The notes under the pieces were generated by a model. It did no database searches. It was given only the letters and a program-made list of their open reading frames with translations, and was not told the DNA's origin. DNA of 64,000 nt from Clostridia bacterium (lineage in GTDB: Bacteria > Bacillota > Clostridia > Christensenellales > CAG-138), in assembly GCA_030527165.1 (NCBI GenBank), contig JAUNBH010000001.1:30698-94697 (forward strand), written 5' to 3'. Both the position numbers and the translations under genes were made by a program. Positions 23,822 to 34,441 of this stretch are shown here, in pieces; position 1 is the first letter of the stretch; each line of letters begins with the position of its first letter.

Positions 23822-26800
23822 GTGTTTGAACTCACCAATTTCGATGCCATACAGATAGGTCTTGCGTCGCCGGAGAAGATACTCGAGTGGTCGCACGGCG
23901 AGGTCAAAAAGCCGGAAACGATAAACTACCGCACGCTCAAGCCCGAGCGCGACGGCCTGTTCTGCGAGCGCATATTCGGGCCCACTAAGGACTGGGAGTG
24001 CTACTGCGGCAAGTACAAGCGCGGGCAATCAAAGGGCATAATCTGCGACAAATGCGGAGTTGAAGTGACGCGCTCCAAGGTGAGGCGCGAGCGCATGGGC
24101 CACATAAAGCTCGCCGCTCCGGTATCGCACATATGGTACTTCAAGGGTACCCCCTGCAGGATGAAGATGCTGCTGGACATATCCCCGAAGGAGCTTGAGA
24201 ATGTGCTGTACTTTGCAAAGTTCGTGGTGCTCGACCCCGGCGACACGCCTCTGGAGTTCAAGCAGACGCTGACGGACAACGAGTACAGGCGCGCACAGCA
24301 GGAGTACGGCGCAAAGTCGTTCCGCGCCGGCATGGGCGCAGAGGCGGTCAGGGAGCTGCTGCGCAATCTTGACCTCAACGCGCTGGCACTGGAGCTGCGC
24401 GCGGACATAGCGGGCTCGTCGCCGTCAAGCCAGAAGCGCGCAAACGCCATAAAGCGCCTGGAGGTCGTAGAGGCGTTTATAAAGAGCGGCAACAAGCCCG
24501 AGTGGATGATACTGGACGTAATACCCGTCATTCCGCCGGAGCTCAGGCCCATGGTGCAGTTGGACGGCGGCAGATTCGCCACGAGCGACCTAAACGACCT
24601 GTACCGCCGCGTAATTAACAGGAACAACCGGCTCAAGAAGCTCCTGGAGATACACGCTCCGGATATAATCGTGAGAAACGAGAAGCGCATGCTGCAGGAG
24701 GCCGTGGATGCGCTGATAGACAACGGCAAGCACGGCCACGCCGTCACCGGCCCGAGCAACCGCCCGTTGAAGTCGCTTTCGGAGCTGCTCAAGGGCAAGC
24801 AGGGGCGGTTTAGGCAAAACCTGCTCGGCAAGCGCGTGGACTACTCTGGGCGCTCCGTTATAGTCGTAGGCCCGGAGCTCAAGATGTACCAGTGCGGGCT
24901 GCCCAAGGAGATGGCGCTGGAGCTGTTCAAGCCGTTCGTGATGAAGCGCCTTGTGCAGGACGGCACGGCGACAAACATAAAGAACGCCAAGCGCCAGGTC
25001 GAGCGCATGAACAAGGCGGTATGGGATGTGCTGGAGGACGTTATAAAGGATCATCCGGTGCTCATGAACCGCGCCCCCACGCTTCACAGGCTGGGCATTC
25101 AGGCGTTCGAGCCGGTGCTCGTCGAGGGCAGGGCGCTCAAACTGCATCCGCTGGTGTGTACGGCGTTTAACGCCGACTTTGACGGCGACCAGATGCCCGT
25201 GCACGTTCCGCTGTCCGTCGAGGCGCAGGCGGAGGCGCGCTTCCTGATGCTCGCGTCAAACAACATACTGAAGCCGCAGGACGGCAAGCCGGTAGTAACG
25301 CCCACGCACGACATGATACTCGGCTGCTACTACCTGACCATGGTCAAGCCGCCGGAGGATCCGGAGCACAAGAAGATATACTCCAGCCGGGACGAGGCGT
25401 ACATGGCGTATCAGATGGGCGCAATATCCCTGCACGAGGAGTGCAAGGTGCGCATAGAGCGCGAAATAGACGGCGAGAAGCGCAAGAAGATAATCGACAC
25501 GACCGTCGGCAGGCTCATATTCAACGACGCCATACCTCAGGACTTGGGCTTTGTAGAGCGCAACACGCCGGATGACATGTTCAAGCTCGAGATAGATCAT
25601 CAGGTGGGCAAGAAGGATCTGGCAAAGATAGTGGACTTCTGCTACCGCCGCTACGGTGCGTCCAAGACGTCTGAGGTGCTGGACAGAACAAAGAAGCTGG
25701 GCTTCACTTACTCGACCCGCGGCGGGATAACCGTGGGCTACAGGGACATAACCGTGCCGCAGGAGAAGAAGCAGATACTCGCGCAGGCGGAGGAGGCGGT
25801 AGTCGCCATTGAGGACATGTACCGCATGGGCTTCTACGATTCAAACGGCCGACGCGAGGCGGTAATAGACATTTGGGACAAGGCGACCAAGGATGTCACC
25901 AAGGCGCTCATGGATAGTCTCGACGCATGGAATCCCATCTACATGATGGCCAATTCCGGCGCTCGAGGCAGCACCAACCAGATAAGGCAGCTCGCCGGCA
26001 TGCGCGGTCTCATGGCGGACCCCTCCGGCCGCGTAATAGAGGTGCCCATTCGCGCGAATTTCCGCGAGGGCCTCAACGTACTGGAGTTCTTCGTGTCGTC
26101 CCACGGCGCGAGGAAGGGACTCGCGGACACGGCGCTGAGGACTGCCGACTCCGGATACCTGACGCGCCGTCTGGTGGACGTTTCGCAGGACGTAATAATC
26201 CGCGAGGAGGATTGCTTCGAGGCGCGCAATATAGGTATAGACGGCATGCCGCTCACCGAGATACGCGAGGGCAACAGCGTCATAGAGCCGCTGGGCGACA
26301 GGATACTGGGCAGGTACACGTCCGAGCCCGTATTCCACCCGGAGACGGATGAGGAGATATGCGGCGCGAACGTGCTGATAACGCACGAGCTGCGCGACAG
26401 GATAATTGCCGCCGGCATCACTACCGTGCACTGCCGCACGGTGTTCACCTGCAAGAGCGAGCACGGCGTCTGCGCGAAGTGCTATGGAGTAAACCTGGCA
26501 AACGGTTATCCGGTAGACATAGGCGAAGCGGTGGGCATAATCGCCGCGCAGGCGATAGGCGAGCCGGGCACGCAGCTGACGATGCGTACGTTCCACACCG
26601 GCGGCGTGGCGTCCGCGGACGACATCACGCAGGGCTTGCCCCGCGTAGAGGAGATATTCGAGGCGCGCCGTCCCAAGGGCGAGGCGGTCGTGTCCGACAT
26701 ACACGGAAGCGTCCGCATAGACGAGACCGGCAAGCGGCGCGAGGTAGTAGTGACAAACGACGACGGCGAGAGCCAGAAGTACGTCATACCGTTCGGCTCC

Positions 26801-27574
26801 AAGCTCAAGGTGGAGGACGGGCAGGATATAGACGCGGGCGCGGAGCTCACGGAGGGCTCGGTAAATCCGCATAAGATACTTGAGATAAAGGGGCGCAACG
26901 GCGTGCAGGCGTACATGCTCAAGGAAGTTCAGAGCGTCTACCGCCTCCAGGGCGTTGAGATAGCCGACAAGCACATTGAGATAATAATCCGCCAGATGCT
27001 GCGCAAGGTGCAGATAGAGGACGCGGGCGATACGGACCTCCTCCCCGGCGAGACCGTGGACATATTCCGCTTTGAGCAGGCCAACATGTCCGTGCTCGAA
27101 AGGGGCGGCAAACCTGCCGAGGCCAAGCGCAAACTGATGGGAATAACCAAGGCGGCGCTCGCTACGGATTCCTTCCTGTCCGCCGCGTCGTTCCAGGAGA
27201 CCACCAAAGTGCTGACGGACGCCGCGACGAAGGGTAAGATAGACCCGCTGGTAGGGCTAAAGGAGAATGTGATAATCGGCAGGCTCATTCCCGCGGGCGT
27301 GGGACTCAAGCGCTACCGCGACATCGAGATAGAATCCGACTTCCCCATCGCCACAAAGCTGCCGGAACCGCCCAGGCACGAGCGGAAGTTTGAAAACCTG
27401 GACTTTGGCGTGGACGACGACGAGGACGCCGCAGAAGCCGTGTCGGGCGATGCCTTTGACGACGGACTGGATCTCGACCTGTTCGACCGACTCATAGACT
27501 CACTCTCCGCCTCGGCGAGTGATGAGCCCGTGGGCGACGAGGGGGATGACGGCGCGGACGAGCCGGCGGAGTGA
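23822..27574 (+). CDS. rpoC: DNA-directed RNA polymerase subunit beta'
   Basis: 1250 aa. Zinc ribbon [16 protein letters not shown] and catalytic [12 protein letters not shown] start with a GGGAGAG RBS. Long acidic C-terminal extension. Confidence 0.98.
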   Translation: MFELTNFDAIQIGLASPEKILEWSHGEVKKPETINYRTLKPERDGLFCERIFGPTKDWECYCGKYKRGQSKGIICDKCGVEVTRSKVRRERMGHIKLAAPVSHIWYFKGTPCRMKMLLDISPKELENVLYFAKFVVLDPGDTPLEFKQTLTDNEYRRAQQEYGAKSFRAGMGAEAVRELLRNLDLNALALELRADIAGSSPSSQKRANAIKRLEVVEAFIKSGNKPEWMILDVIPVIPPELRPMVQLDGGRFATSDLNDLYRRVINRNNRLKKLLEIHAPDIIVRNEKRMLQEAVDALIDNGKHGHAVTGPSNRPLKSLSELLKGKQGRFRQNLLGKRVDYSGRSVIVVGPELKMYQCGLPKEMALELFKPFVMKRLVQDGTATNIKNAKRQVERMNKAVWDVLEDVIKDHPVLMNRAPTLHRLGIQAFEPVLVEGRALKLHPLVCTAFNADFDGDQMPVHVPLSVEAQAEARFLMLASNNILKPQDGKPVVTPTHDMILGCYYLTMVKPPEDPEHKKIYSSRDEAYMAYQMGAISLHEECKVRIEREIDGEKRKKIIDTTVGRLIFNDAIPQDLGFVERNTPDDMFKLEIDHQVGKKDLAKIVDFCYRRYGASKTSEVLDRTKKLGFTYSTRGGITVGYRDITVPQEKKQILAQAEEAVVAIEDMYRMGFYDSNGRREAVIDIWDKATKDVTKALMDSLDAWNPIYMMANSGARGSTNQIRQLAGMRGLMADPSGRVIEVPIRANFREGLNVLEFFVSSHGARKGLADTALRTADSGYLTRRLVDVSQDVIIREEDCFEARNIGIDGMPLTEIREGNSVIEPLGDRILGRYTSEPVFHPETDEEICGANVLITHELRDRIIAAGITTVHCRTVFTCKSEHGVCAKCYGVNLANGYPVDIGEAVGIIAAQAIGEPGTQLTMRTFHTGGVASADDITQGLPRVEEIFEARRPKGEAVVSDIHGSVRIDETGKRREVVVTNDDGESQKYVIPFGSKLKVEDGQDIDAGAELTEGSVNPHKILEIKGRNGVQAYMLKEVQSVYRLQGVEIADKHIEIIIRQMLRKVQIEDAGDTDLLPGETVDIFRFEQANMSVLERGGKPAEAKRKLMGITKAALATDSFLSAASFQETTKVLTDAATKGKIDPLVGLKENVIIGRLIPAGVGLKRYRDIEIESDFPIATKLPEPPRHERKFENLDFGVDDDEDAAEAVSGDAFDDGLDLDLFDRLIDSLSASASDEPVGDEGDDGADEPAE

Positions 27575-27629
27575 CATTTGACACACGGGCAGGCTGAGTA
27601 CGCCTGCCCCGTTCATTCTCGGAGGATAC

Positions 27630-28400
27630 ATGGCGAACGAGCATTACAACGCGCAGTGCGAACTCAATGGCACCAGACTCTGTCAGGAGCTCAACATGGC
27701 CGAGTGCCGCGAATGCCCCTTGGGTGAGTTGAAAGCGTACGATCGCAAGCGGATAGCCGCTGACGTCTCAGCGGTGCTCGACATGATGCCCGAGGGCGGC
27801 ATGAGGCGGTTTTTCGCCGGGGACGCATGTGTCCACTGCGTGGGAGAGCCGCGCGAAAAGGCCTCGTACGGGCTCTGCGACATAGGCAGGGCGCGCCCGG
27901 ACGGGGAGGAGCGCCATCGAGTCTGGAAGGCGCTGATGGGCACCTCGTCCAGGAGCGGCTACATGTTGCCGCTGCAAACGGGCATATGTGAGCGCTGCAG
28001 GCGGAATTTCCGCATAATCGGCACGGCTCCGCTGCTCGCCCTGGGATTGATTTCCGCGTTGGGAGTGGCGTTGATGAGCGTGCGCGCACTGCGCGAGCCG
28101 CTCGCGGCCGTAGCGCAGATATTGCCGTTTGTGCTGTTCTTAGCCTGCCTGGGCGTTGGCACGGCGGCGTACTTTTTGCTCAAGCGGCTTTTGACCAAGC
28201 GGTTATCGCGGGAGACGCGGCTCAACGTATTCGACATAGAGGGCATGGACGCCTTTGAGCGCGCGGGTTGGTTTGAGCTGTCAAAGGGAAAAGCGCCGCA
28301 CACATACGAGGTGTCGAGCCTGGTGTTTATGAAGCGGCCGCTCAAGAGCGGACTGGGCACGCGCGTGGAACCGCCGGACGTGGACGTGCCGGAGAGGTAG
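27630..28400 (+). CDS. Hypothetical Cys-rich membrane protein (putative zinc-ribbon N-domain plus 2 TM helices)
   Basis: 256 aa with a GGAGGA RBS. C-x2-C motifs are CRECP, CVHCV and CERCR, plus QC..LC. TM segments are IIGTAPLLALGLISALGVALMSV and ILPFVLFLACLGVGTAAYFLL. I recognise no family. Confidence 0.6.
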   Translation: MANEHYNAQCELNGTRLCQELNMAECRECPLGELKAYDRKRIAADVSAVLDMMPEGGMRRFFAGDACVHCVGEPREKASYGLCDIGRARPDGEERHRVWKALMGTSSRSGYMLPLQTGICERCRRNFRIIGTAPLLALGLISALGVALMSVRALREPLAAVAQILPFVLFLACLGVGTAAYFLLKRLLTKRLSRETRLNVFDIEGMDAFERAGWFELSKGKAPHTYEVSSLVFMKRPLKSGLGTRVEPPDVDVPER

Positions 28401-28435
28401 ACGGCTCCGAGCGGGCAAATACTTTGAAAAAGTGT

Positions 28436-28464
28436 TTGACAATTGCGCTCGGCAATGCTACAAT
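28436..28464 (+). promoter_or_regulatory. Strong candidate SigA promoter for rpsL-rpsG-fusA (TTGACA-17 nt-TACAAT)
   Basis: Perfect -35 at 28436-28441, a 17-nt spacer, and TACAAT at 28459-28464. It lies about 130 nt upstream of the rpsL ATG. Confidence 0.65.
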
Positions 28465-28595
28465 GCTCCTGCTGCGCCAAAACAGGTGTTTTTTATGTGC
28501 GCGGCGCACGGGTTTTGCAGAAACAATCCTCTTCAAGGGGTTGCAGGGGATTTTCTTACAATATAGACATTAGAAACTATCGAAGGAGATTGAAA

Positions 28596-28970
28596 ATGCC
28601 CACTATTAACCAGTTGGTTCGCAAGGGCAGGCAGCAGGTCGAGTACAAGTCGACGGCGCCTATCCTCAAGCAGCGGCCACAGCGTCGCGGCGTATGCACC
28701 CGCGTAGGCACAATGACGCCCAAAAAGCCCAATTCGGCGCTTAGAAAGATAGCTCGTATCCGCCTGACGGACGGTCTGGAGGGTACGGCGTATATCCCCG
28801 GCATAGGCCACAATCTGCAGGAGCACTCGGTCGTACTCATCAGGGGCGGCAGGGTAAGGGATCTCCCCGGTGTGCGTTACCACATAATCCGCGGGGCTCT
28901 CGACACGGACGGTGTAAAGAACCGTAACCAGGCGCGTTCGCTGTACGGCGCAAAGCGCCCGAAGAAGTAA
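28596..28970 (+). CDS. rpsL: 30S ribosomal protein S12
   Basis: [13 protein letters not shown]...[10 protein letters not shown]...[23 protein letters not shown]. The 28443 start in the track is a spurious extension. Confidence 0.98.
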   Translation: MPTINQLVRKGRQQVEYKSTAPILKQRPQRRGVCTRVGTMTPKKPNSALRKIARIRLTDGLEGTAYIPGIGHNLQEHSVVLIRGGRVRDLPGVRYHIIRGALDTDGVKNRNQARSLYGAKRPKK

Positions 28971-28982
28971 GGAGGTACTCAT

Positions 28983-29453
28983 ATGCCGAGACGTGGATCA
29001 GTACCCAAGCACGAGGTCCTCGAGGATCCGATGTATGGCGGTACCATCGTAACCAAGCTCATAAACGGGGTCATGCTGGACGGCAAGCGCGGAACCGCGC
29101 AGAAGGTCTGCTATGGCGCGTTTGAGATAATACGCGAAAAGACCGGCCGCGAGCCCGTGGAAGTGTTCACGGAGTGCCTCGAAAACGTGATGCCTATGCT
29201 GGAAGTCAAGGCTCGTCGAGTCGGCGGCGCGACATATCAGGTGCCGCTCGAGATTCGTCCGGAGCGCAGGCAGACGCTGGGGCTGCGTTGGCTCATTAAC
29301 GCCGCGCGCGCGCGCTCGGAGCGCACGATGATGCAGCGTTTGGCAGGCGAGATTATGGATGGCGCAAACTCTACCGGCGCTGCCTTCAAGAAGAAGGAAG
29401 ACACCCATAGGATGGCGGAGGCGAACAAGGCCTTTGCGCACTTCCGCTGGTAG
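28983..29453 (+). CDS. rpsG: 30S ribosomal protein S7
   Basis: 156 aa. MPRRG....DPMYG...GKRGTAQKV...VGGATYQVP...NKAFAHFRW. Confidence 0.98.
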   Translation: MPRRGSVPKHEVLEDPMYGGTIVTKLINGVMLDGKRGTAQKVCYGAFEIIREKTGREPVEVFTECLENVMPMLEVKARRVGGATYQVPLEIRPERRQTLGLRWLINAARARSERTMMQRLAGEIMDGANSTGAAFKKKEDTHRMAEANKAFAHFRW

Positions 29454-29540
29454 AAATCGCAATAGAACACGCGCAACCATGGGGCAGATGATTCCGTCTG
29501 CCCTATAAGACTTTTTATAGCGCTGCAAGGAGGTCCTGAG

Positions 29541-31619
29541 ATGGCGAGAACCACGGCGTTGGAGAACACCAGAAACATAGGAATAATGGCGCACATCGAT
29601 GCCGGGAAGACCACCACAACGGAGCGGATTCTCTACTACACCGGCAAGATTCGCAAGGTGGGCGAGGTGCATGAGGGCGCCGCGACCATGGATTTTATGG
29701 CGCAGGAGCGCGAGCGCGGGATAACCATACAGTCCGCCGCGACGACGACGTATTGGCGGGAGCACCGCATAAACATAATAGACACGCCGGGGCATGTGGA
29801 CTTCACCGTGGAGGTGGAGCGCTCGCTGCGGGTGCTGGACGGCGCGGTGGCGGTGTTTTGCGCCAAGGGCGGCGTGGAGCCGCAGAGCGAAACCGTGTGG
29901 CACCAGGCGACCAAGTACGGCGTACCCAGGATAGCCTATGTAAACAAGATGGACATAATGGGCGCGGATTTCTACAACGTCGTAGACATGCTCAGGGAGC
30001 GCCTGGGCGCCAATCCCGTACCCGTGCAGCTGCCCGTCGGGAGCGAGGCGAGCTTCCGCGGTATGATAGACCTGCTCAACATGAATGCGGAGCTCTACTA
30101 CGACGAGGAGGGCAACGACGTGCGCGTGGAGCCCATACCGGACGAGTATCTGGAGCGCGCGCAGGAATACCACGCCATGCTCATAGAAGCGGTGGCGGAG
30201 CAGGACGACTTGCTCGCGGACAAGTACTTAAGCGGCGAGGAGATAACGAAAGCGGAGATAATCGCCGCGCTGCGCTCTGCGACCATAGCCAACAAGGCGG
30301 TGCCGGTGTGCTGCGGCTCATCGTACAGAAACAGGGGCGTACAGCCGCTGCTGGACGCCATAGTGGACTATCTGCCTTCGCCTTTGGACATACCGCACGC
30401 CGTCGCCACCGCTTTGGACGGTCAGACGGAGGTGGAGGTGCCTACCGACGAGGAAGCGCCATTCGCCGCCCTGGCATTCAAGATAAACAACGACGCATAC
30501 GCCGGCAGGCTGGCGTTTTGCAGGATATACAGCGGCAAAATATCGAGCAACTGCTATGTGCTGAACGCAACCAAGGGCAAGCGCGAGCGCATCAGCAAGG
30601 CGGTGCTCATGCACGCCAATATGCGCGAGGAGCTGGATGAGGCGTACGCGGGCGACATAGTGGCGCTCGTGGGCGTGCGCGAAACGTCGACGGGCGATAC
30701 GCTCTGCGACCCCGAGCATCCGGTGCTGCTCGAGTCCATGGAGTTTCCGGATCCCGTCATAAGGGTGGCGGTGGAGCCCAAGACCAAGGCGGGGCAGGAT
30801 AAGCTGCTGGCGGCGCTCGTAAAGCTCATGGACGAGGACCCGACGTTTAAGACTTATACCGACAATGAGACCGGGCAGACGATAATCGCCGGCATGGGCG
30901 AGCTGCACCTGGACATAATAGTAAACAGGCTGATACGCGAGTTCAAGGTCGAATGCAAGGTGGGCAGCCCTCAGGTCGCGTACAGGGAAACGCTCACAAA
31001 GCCCGTGCGCATAGAGACGCGCTATGTGCGCCAGACCGGCGGTCACGGGCAGTACGCCCACATTGTAGTCGAGTTCTCACCCGTCGAATCGGGCGCGGGC
31101 ATATCGTTTGAGGATGCTACCGTGGGCGGCTCGGTACCCAAGGAGTTTGTGCCCGCCGTGGAGAAGGGCATACGCGAAGCGGCGAAATCCGGGCACTTGG
31201 CGGGTTACGAGGTGGTAGACTTCCACGCGAAGCTCGTAGATGGCAGCTTCCACGAGGTGGACTCCTCCGAGCTGGCGTTCGCGGTGGCGGGCAGCATGTG
31301 CCTGCGGGAAGCGCTCGCCAAGGCGGACTCGATACTGCTCGAGCCTTTTATGAAGGTGGAGATACTCGTGCCCGACGAGTATACTGGCGACATAGTCGGC
31401 AACCTTACATCGCGGCGCTCGCGTATAACGGCGCTTGACGTGCGCAATGGCGCGCAGGTTGTCCAGGCGACGGCTCCTCTCTCCGAGATGTTCGGTTATG
31501 CTACGGATTTGCGCTCCAGGACGCAGGGCAGGGGTACGTTTACCATGCAGTTTGACCACTACGAACAGGTCAGCCAGGCGGTATTCAAGAAGCTCGTCGG
31601 AGAGCCCATGCACGGGTAG
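29541..31619 (+). CDS. fusA: Elongation factor G (canonical)
   Basis: 692 aa. [33 protein letters not shown] and NKMD. It sits in the str-operon position after rpsG. Confidence 0.97.
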   Translation: MARTTALENTRNIGIMAHIDAGKTTTTERILYYTGKIRKVGEVHEGAATMDFMAQERERGITIQSAATTTYWREHRINIIDTPGHVDFTVEVERSLRVLDGAVAVFCAKGGVEPQSETVWHQATKYGVPRIAYVNKMDIMGADFYNVVDMLRERLGANPVPVQLPVGSEASFRGMIDLLNMNAELYYDEEGNDVRVEPIPDEYLERAQEYHAMLIEAVAEQDDLLADKYLSGEEITKAEIIAALRSATIANKAVPVCCGSSYRNRGVQPLLDAIVDYLPSPLDIPHAVATALDGQTEVEVPTDEEAPFAALAFKINNDAYAGRLAFCRIYSGKISSNCYVLNATKGKRERISKAVLMHANMREELDEAYAGDIVALVGVRETSTGDTLCDPEHPVLLESMEFPDPVIRVAVEPKTKAGQDKLLAALVKLMDEDPTFKTYTDNETGQTIIAGMGELHLDIIVNRLIREFKVECKVGSPQVAYRETLTKPVRIETRYVRQTGGHGQYAHIVVEFSPVESGAGISFEDATVGGSVPKEFVPAVEKGIREAAKSGHLAGYEVVDFHAKLVDGSFHEVDSSELAFAVAGSMCLREALAKADSILLEPFMKVEILVPDEYTGDIVGNLTSRRSRITALDVRNGAQVVQATAPLSEMFGYATDLRSRTQGRGTFTMQFDHYEQVSQAVFKKLVGEPMHG

Positions 31620-31729
31620 ACGCCGGGGAATCGGTTTGCGCGATAAACGGAGCGGACTTAGCTGAACGCCGATAAGGAAGTATCATGGAGTATTACCTTA
31701 ACGGCTGACAAATAGGGCTGCTACGAAGG

Positions 31730-31770
31730 ACGGGCAAGTAGCCAGCGGCTTCTTGCCCGTTTCTTATGTT
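31730..31770 (+). terminator. Intrinsic terminator after fusA
   Basis: ACGGGCAAG (31730-31738) pairs with CTTGCCCGT (31752-31760), followed by a T-rich tail ttcttatgtt. Confidence 0.6.
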
Positions 31771-31806
31771 CCTGTGCGCTTGTGTGAAGGTTGCGATAAT
31801 GCGCAG

Positions 31807-32115
31807 CTACTCCATTATTAAAGAATAAGAGCTTCCTTTAGAGATATTGTATTCAGTAATTATTGTCCCGGTTAAATCGTCCGTCCCTCCATCGATCGCC
31901 ACCGGTTTGCTAAACACAACTCCCGTTGATGTTTCTGCAGCGACAACGATTACAGCCGGCACTTCCTCGGCGTCTATTGTAACGGTCTCTCCGTTTTTTA
32001 TACAGTATTGCTTATCAGAGTCGTCAACAGTCGCTTTCTCAAAACCTATTATTAGGTAATAAGGAATGAGCATACCAAAGGGGCTTTTTCTGCGAGTTAT
32101 TATTAGCTTTCTCAT
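31807..32115 (-). CDS. Hypothetical protein (orphan ORF in a low-GC islet)
   Basis: 102 aa. GGAGG RBS 7 nt upstream of the ATG. Local GC is clearly lower than the flanks. I recognise no motifs. Confidence 0.5.
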   Translation of the reverse strand: MRKLIITRRKSPFGMLIPYYLIIGFEKATVDDSDKQYCIKNGETVTIDAEEVPAVIVVAAETSTGVVFSKPVAIDGGTDDLTGTIITEYNISKGSSYSLIME

Positions 32116-32361
32116 TTATTATCCTCCGGTTACATAAATAGATCCCCTGCAAATCCCACTATGTTTCTCTGTTTTGACAGCTGTATTTTATCACGCCGCT
32201 ATGAATATCTCTACGCTAATCTCATCGGCAGACCATTGAACGGCAGAGAAAAGACAAGACGGCATGGCCGAGACTATGCCGCCTTGAACAACTATGGAAT
32301 TACTTCCCTGGGGGTGTGCGCCTTTGCGAGTGCAGCTCCTTTTTGCTGCGATATGCGCTCG

Positions 32362-33354
32362 TCACGGCACAAACAGCCCCGCTGTGCCTCCGAGCGCGTA
32401 ATTGGCTATCACGAATGCCAGGTGGTCTGTCGCAGCGAGCGCCTCTTCGAGTGAGTTGGCGTTGTGCCCGACTTCCACGAGCAGGCTCTTGCGGGCTATG
32501 TGCTGGTTATACCTGCCGGTTTTTGTGCGCACATCGCGGGCGAGCGCCGGGTCTATATCCCTGAGCTTCTCGGTTATAAGCTCTGCGAGCGCGCTGTTGG
32601 CGGGGTAATTGCGCATGTTGTCGCTTCCCGCCTCGGCGTACTTAACGCCCCTGCCCACCACCATCATCAGGCGCGCCGTCTTTACGCCGTCTATGGTAAC
32701 GTAGTCCGTGTTCTCGCCGTTGACGGTGTAGGCGTCCCTGTGCACGTCGATTACGAGCTCTATTGTGGGGTACTCGGCGCAGTAGCGTTCCAGCATGGCG
32801 CAGGAGCGGTCGTATGAAGTGCTCAACTTGGGCGGCTCGAAGTTCTCAGTGACGTGTATCACCGCGATGCCGTAACGGTTCTCCAGCAGCTCTGCCAGCT
32901 TTGCGCCCACGGTCACTATATTGCGGGTGTTGTTGTCAGTGCGCCAGGCGCCGGTTTCGGCGTACTGGTATTGGCTCGTCTGATTGTACGCCTCAGTGGT
33001 GTGGGTATGGTATATAAGGACGGCGGGCTTGCTGCGGTCTAACTGCGTCGCGCCGGCGGAGGCGAGCGTCACGCTCTCCGGAGCGTCGGTGTGTGGAACC
33101 AAAGTCGGAATGAGCAGTTCGCGTATGTCCCCGCGCGGCAGCGCTGTCACGGAATCCGCCCCGGCGCCTGCCTGAGCTTCCGCCGCCACACCGAGCAGCG
33201 CGGGCGAGTTCAGGGAAATTATGCCGGACAGCGGCTGTGCGCCCAAGAATGCCGATTGCAGCGCGAGCGCGGCGATGCAGCCCAGTATTGACAGCGCGAG
33301 CGTCATGCGCCGCCTGCATATGAATAACCGCGTGTTTTTATTGCTGTGTCTCAT
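32362..33354 (-). CDS. spoIIP: Stage II sporulation protein P (SpoIIP amidase/endopeptidase)
   Basis: VLIYHTHTTEAY, DVHRDA and LVEVG motifs typical of SpoIIP, with an N-terminal TM anchor. I prefer the ATG at 33354 (AGGAGG RBS), because the 33540 start in the track would overlap the divergent gene. Confidence 0.88.
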   Translation of the reverse strand: MRHSNKNTRLFICRRRMTLALSILGCIAALALQSAFLGAQPLSGIISLNSPALLGVAAEAQAGAGADSVTALPRGDIRELLIPTLVPHTDAPESVTLASAGATQLDRSKPAVLIYHTHTTEAYNQTSQYQYAETGAWRTDNNTRNIVTVGAKLAELLENRYGIAVIHVTENFEPPKLSTSYDRSCAMLERYCAEYPTIELVIDVHRDAYTVNGENTDYVTIDGVKTARLMMVVGRGVKYAEAGSDNMRNYPANSALAELITEKLRDIDPALARDVRTKTGRYNQHIARKSLLVEVGHNANSLEEALAATDHLAFVIANYALGGTAGLFVP

Positions 33355-33405
33355 GCAACTCCTCCTGACAATATCGTATGCGTGCGTTATAAGCGTATAT
33401 GCGTA

Positions 33406-33435
33406 TTGACTTGCGCCAAACAAGTCGCGTACAAT
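33406..33435 (+). promoter_or_regulatory. Candidate SigA promoter for the P-loop/MutS-like gene pair (TTGACT-18 nt-TACAAT)
   Basis: TTGACT at 33406-33411 and TACAAT at 33430-33435, about 20 nt upstream of the ATG at 33455. Confidence 0.5.
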
Positions 33436-33454
33436 ACTCCCGAATGAGGTGCGC

Positions 33455-34438
33455 ATGATTCTGACTGAACTCGTGGCGAAGTACGGTTCGCTCTCCATAA
33501 TAGGAATGTGTAAAAACGCGGGCAAGACGACCGTGCTCAATGCGCTCGTGACGGGCTGGCGCGGAAATGGCGGCGCTTTGGCGCTGACGTCAATAGGGCG
33601 CGATGGAGAGAGTCAGGACGTCGTTACAGGTACGCACAAGCCCCGCATATATGTGCAGGAGGGCGCGCTCATCGCCACCGCTGCGGAGCTGCTTATGCAC
33701 TGTGACGTAACGCAGGAGGTGCTGGGCGCGACGGGCATAAGCACTCCATTGGGCGAAGTCGTGATAGTGCGCGCGCGGAGCGACGGCTATGTACAGCTTG
33801 GCGGGCCGTCCATGGCCCAACAGCTCATATGGTTAAACGGCGAGTTGGCGCGGCTCGGGGCGGAATTAGTCATAATCGACGGCGCGATAAGCCGCAAATC
33901 GCTGTGCGCGCCGGCAGTGACGGAGGCGACGATACTCTGCACGGGCGCGTCGTACTCTCCAAGCATAGAAAAGGTAGTGCAGGATACGGCGCGCGCGGCG
34001 CAGCTGCTCACGCTCCCCAAGAGCGAATACTGGCGGCACGTCCCGCAAGCGCGCATAACGCTGGGCGCGCGCGCGGGTGAGGAGCTGCCGTGTCCCGACA
34101 TGACGCTGCACGAGGCCGTTCGGGCGCATCCTGAGTGTGACAGGGTGTTCATGAGGGGCGCCGTCACGGATTCCATGCTCCTGCCGGTGCTCACGAGCGC
34201 CGCCCCGCTTGAGGGATACGAGTTCTGCGCTGAGGACGCGAGTAAGCTCCTGCTGTCGCCGCAGGTGGTGGAGAAGCTGGAGCTCAGGCGCTGTGCCCTG
34301 AGCGTGTTCAGGCGGACGGAGCTGCTGGCAGTCGCCGTAAACCCCGTCAGCGCGTACGGAACGGACTTTGACCGCTCGGAGCTGAGGCGCAGGATGTGCG
34401 CGGCGGTCGACGTACCCGTCATTGACGTAATGGAGTGA
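33455..34438 (+). CDS. Uncharacterised P-loop NTPase (deviant Walker A, G-x5-GKT)
   Basis: About 327 aa. N-terminal SIIGMCKNAGKTTVLNAL, a probable Walker B-like LVIIDGA, and a C-terminal domain of unknown function. The stop lies 3 nt before the start of the next gene. Confidence 0.7.
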   Translation: MILTELVAKYGSLSIIGMCKNAGKTTVLNALVTGWRGNGGALALTSIGRDGESQDVVTGTHKPRIYVQEGALIATAAELLMHCDVTQEVLGATGISTPLGEVVIVRARSDGYVQLGGPSMAQQLIWLNGELARLGAELVIIDGAISRKSLCAPAVTEATILCTGASYSPSIEKVVQDTARAAQLLTLPKSEYWRHVPQARITLGARAGEELPCPDMTLHEAVRAHPECDRVFMRGAVTDSMLLPVLTSAAPLEGYEFCAEDASKLLLSPQVVEKLELRRCALSVFRRTELLAVAVNPVSAYGTDFDRSELRRRMCAAVDVPVIDVME

Positions 34439-34441
34439 GAG

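Noticed and set aside
27575-27629. Hairpin GGGCAGGC-tgagtac-GCCTGCCC after rpoC as an rpoBC terminator.
   Set aside because: No U-tract follows it (cgttcattctcgg), and an RBS and gene start follow immediately. It is not reported as a terminator, only mentioned in a finding.
28443-28595. Upstream extension of rpsL (175-aa ORF in the track).
   Set aside because: S12 starts at the conserved MPTINQL at 28596, preceded by AAGGAG. The extension would run through the rpsL promoter.
33355-33540. Longer SpoIIP start (33540), which would overlap the divergent P-loop gene and its promoter.
   Set aside because: The internal ATG at 33354 has a perfect AGGAGG RBS and yields the usual short cytoplasmic tail plus TM anchor. 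The longer form has no RBS.
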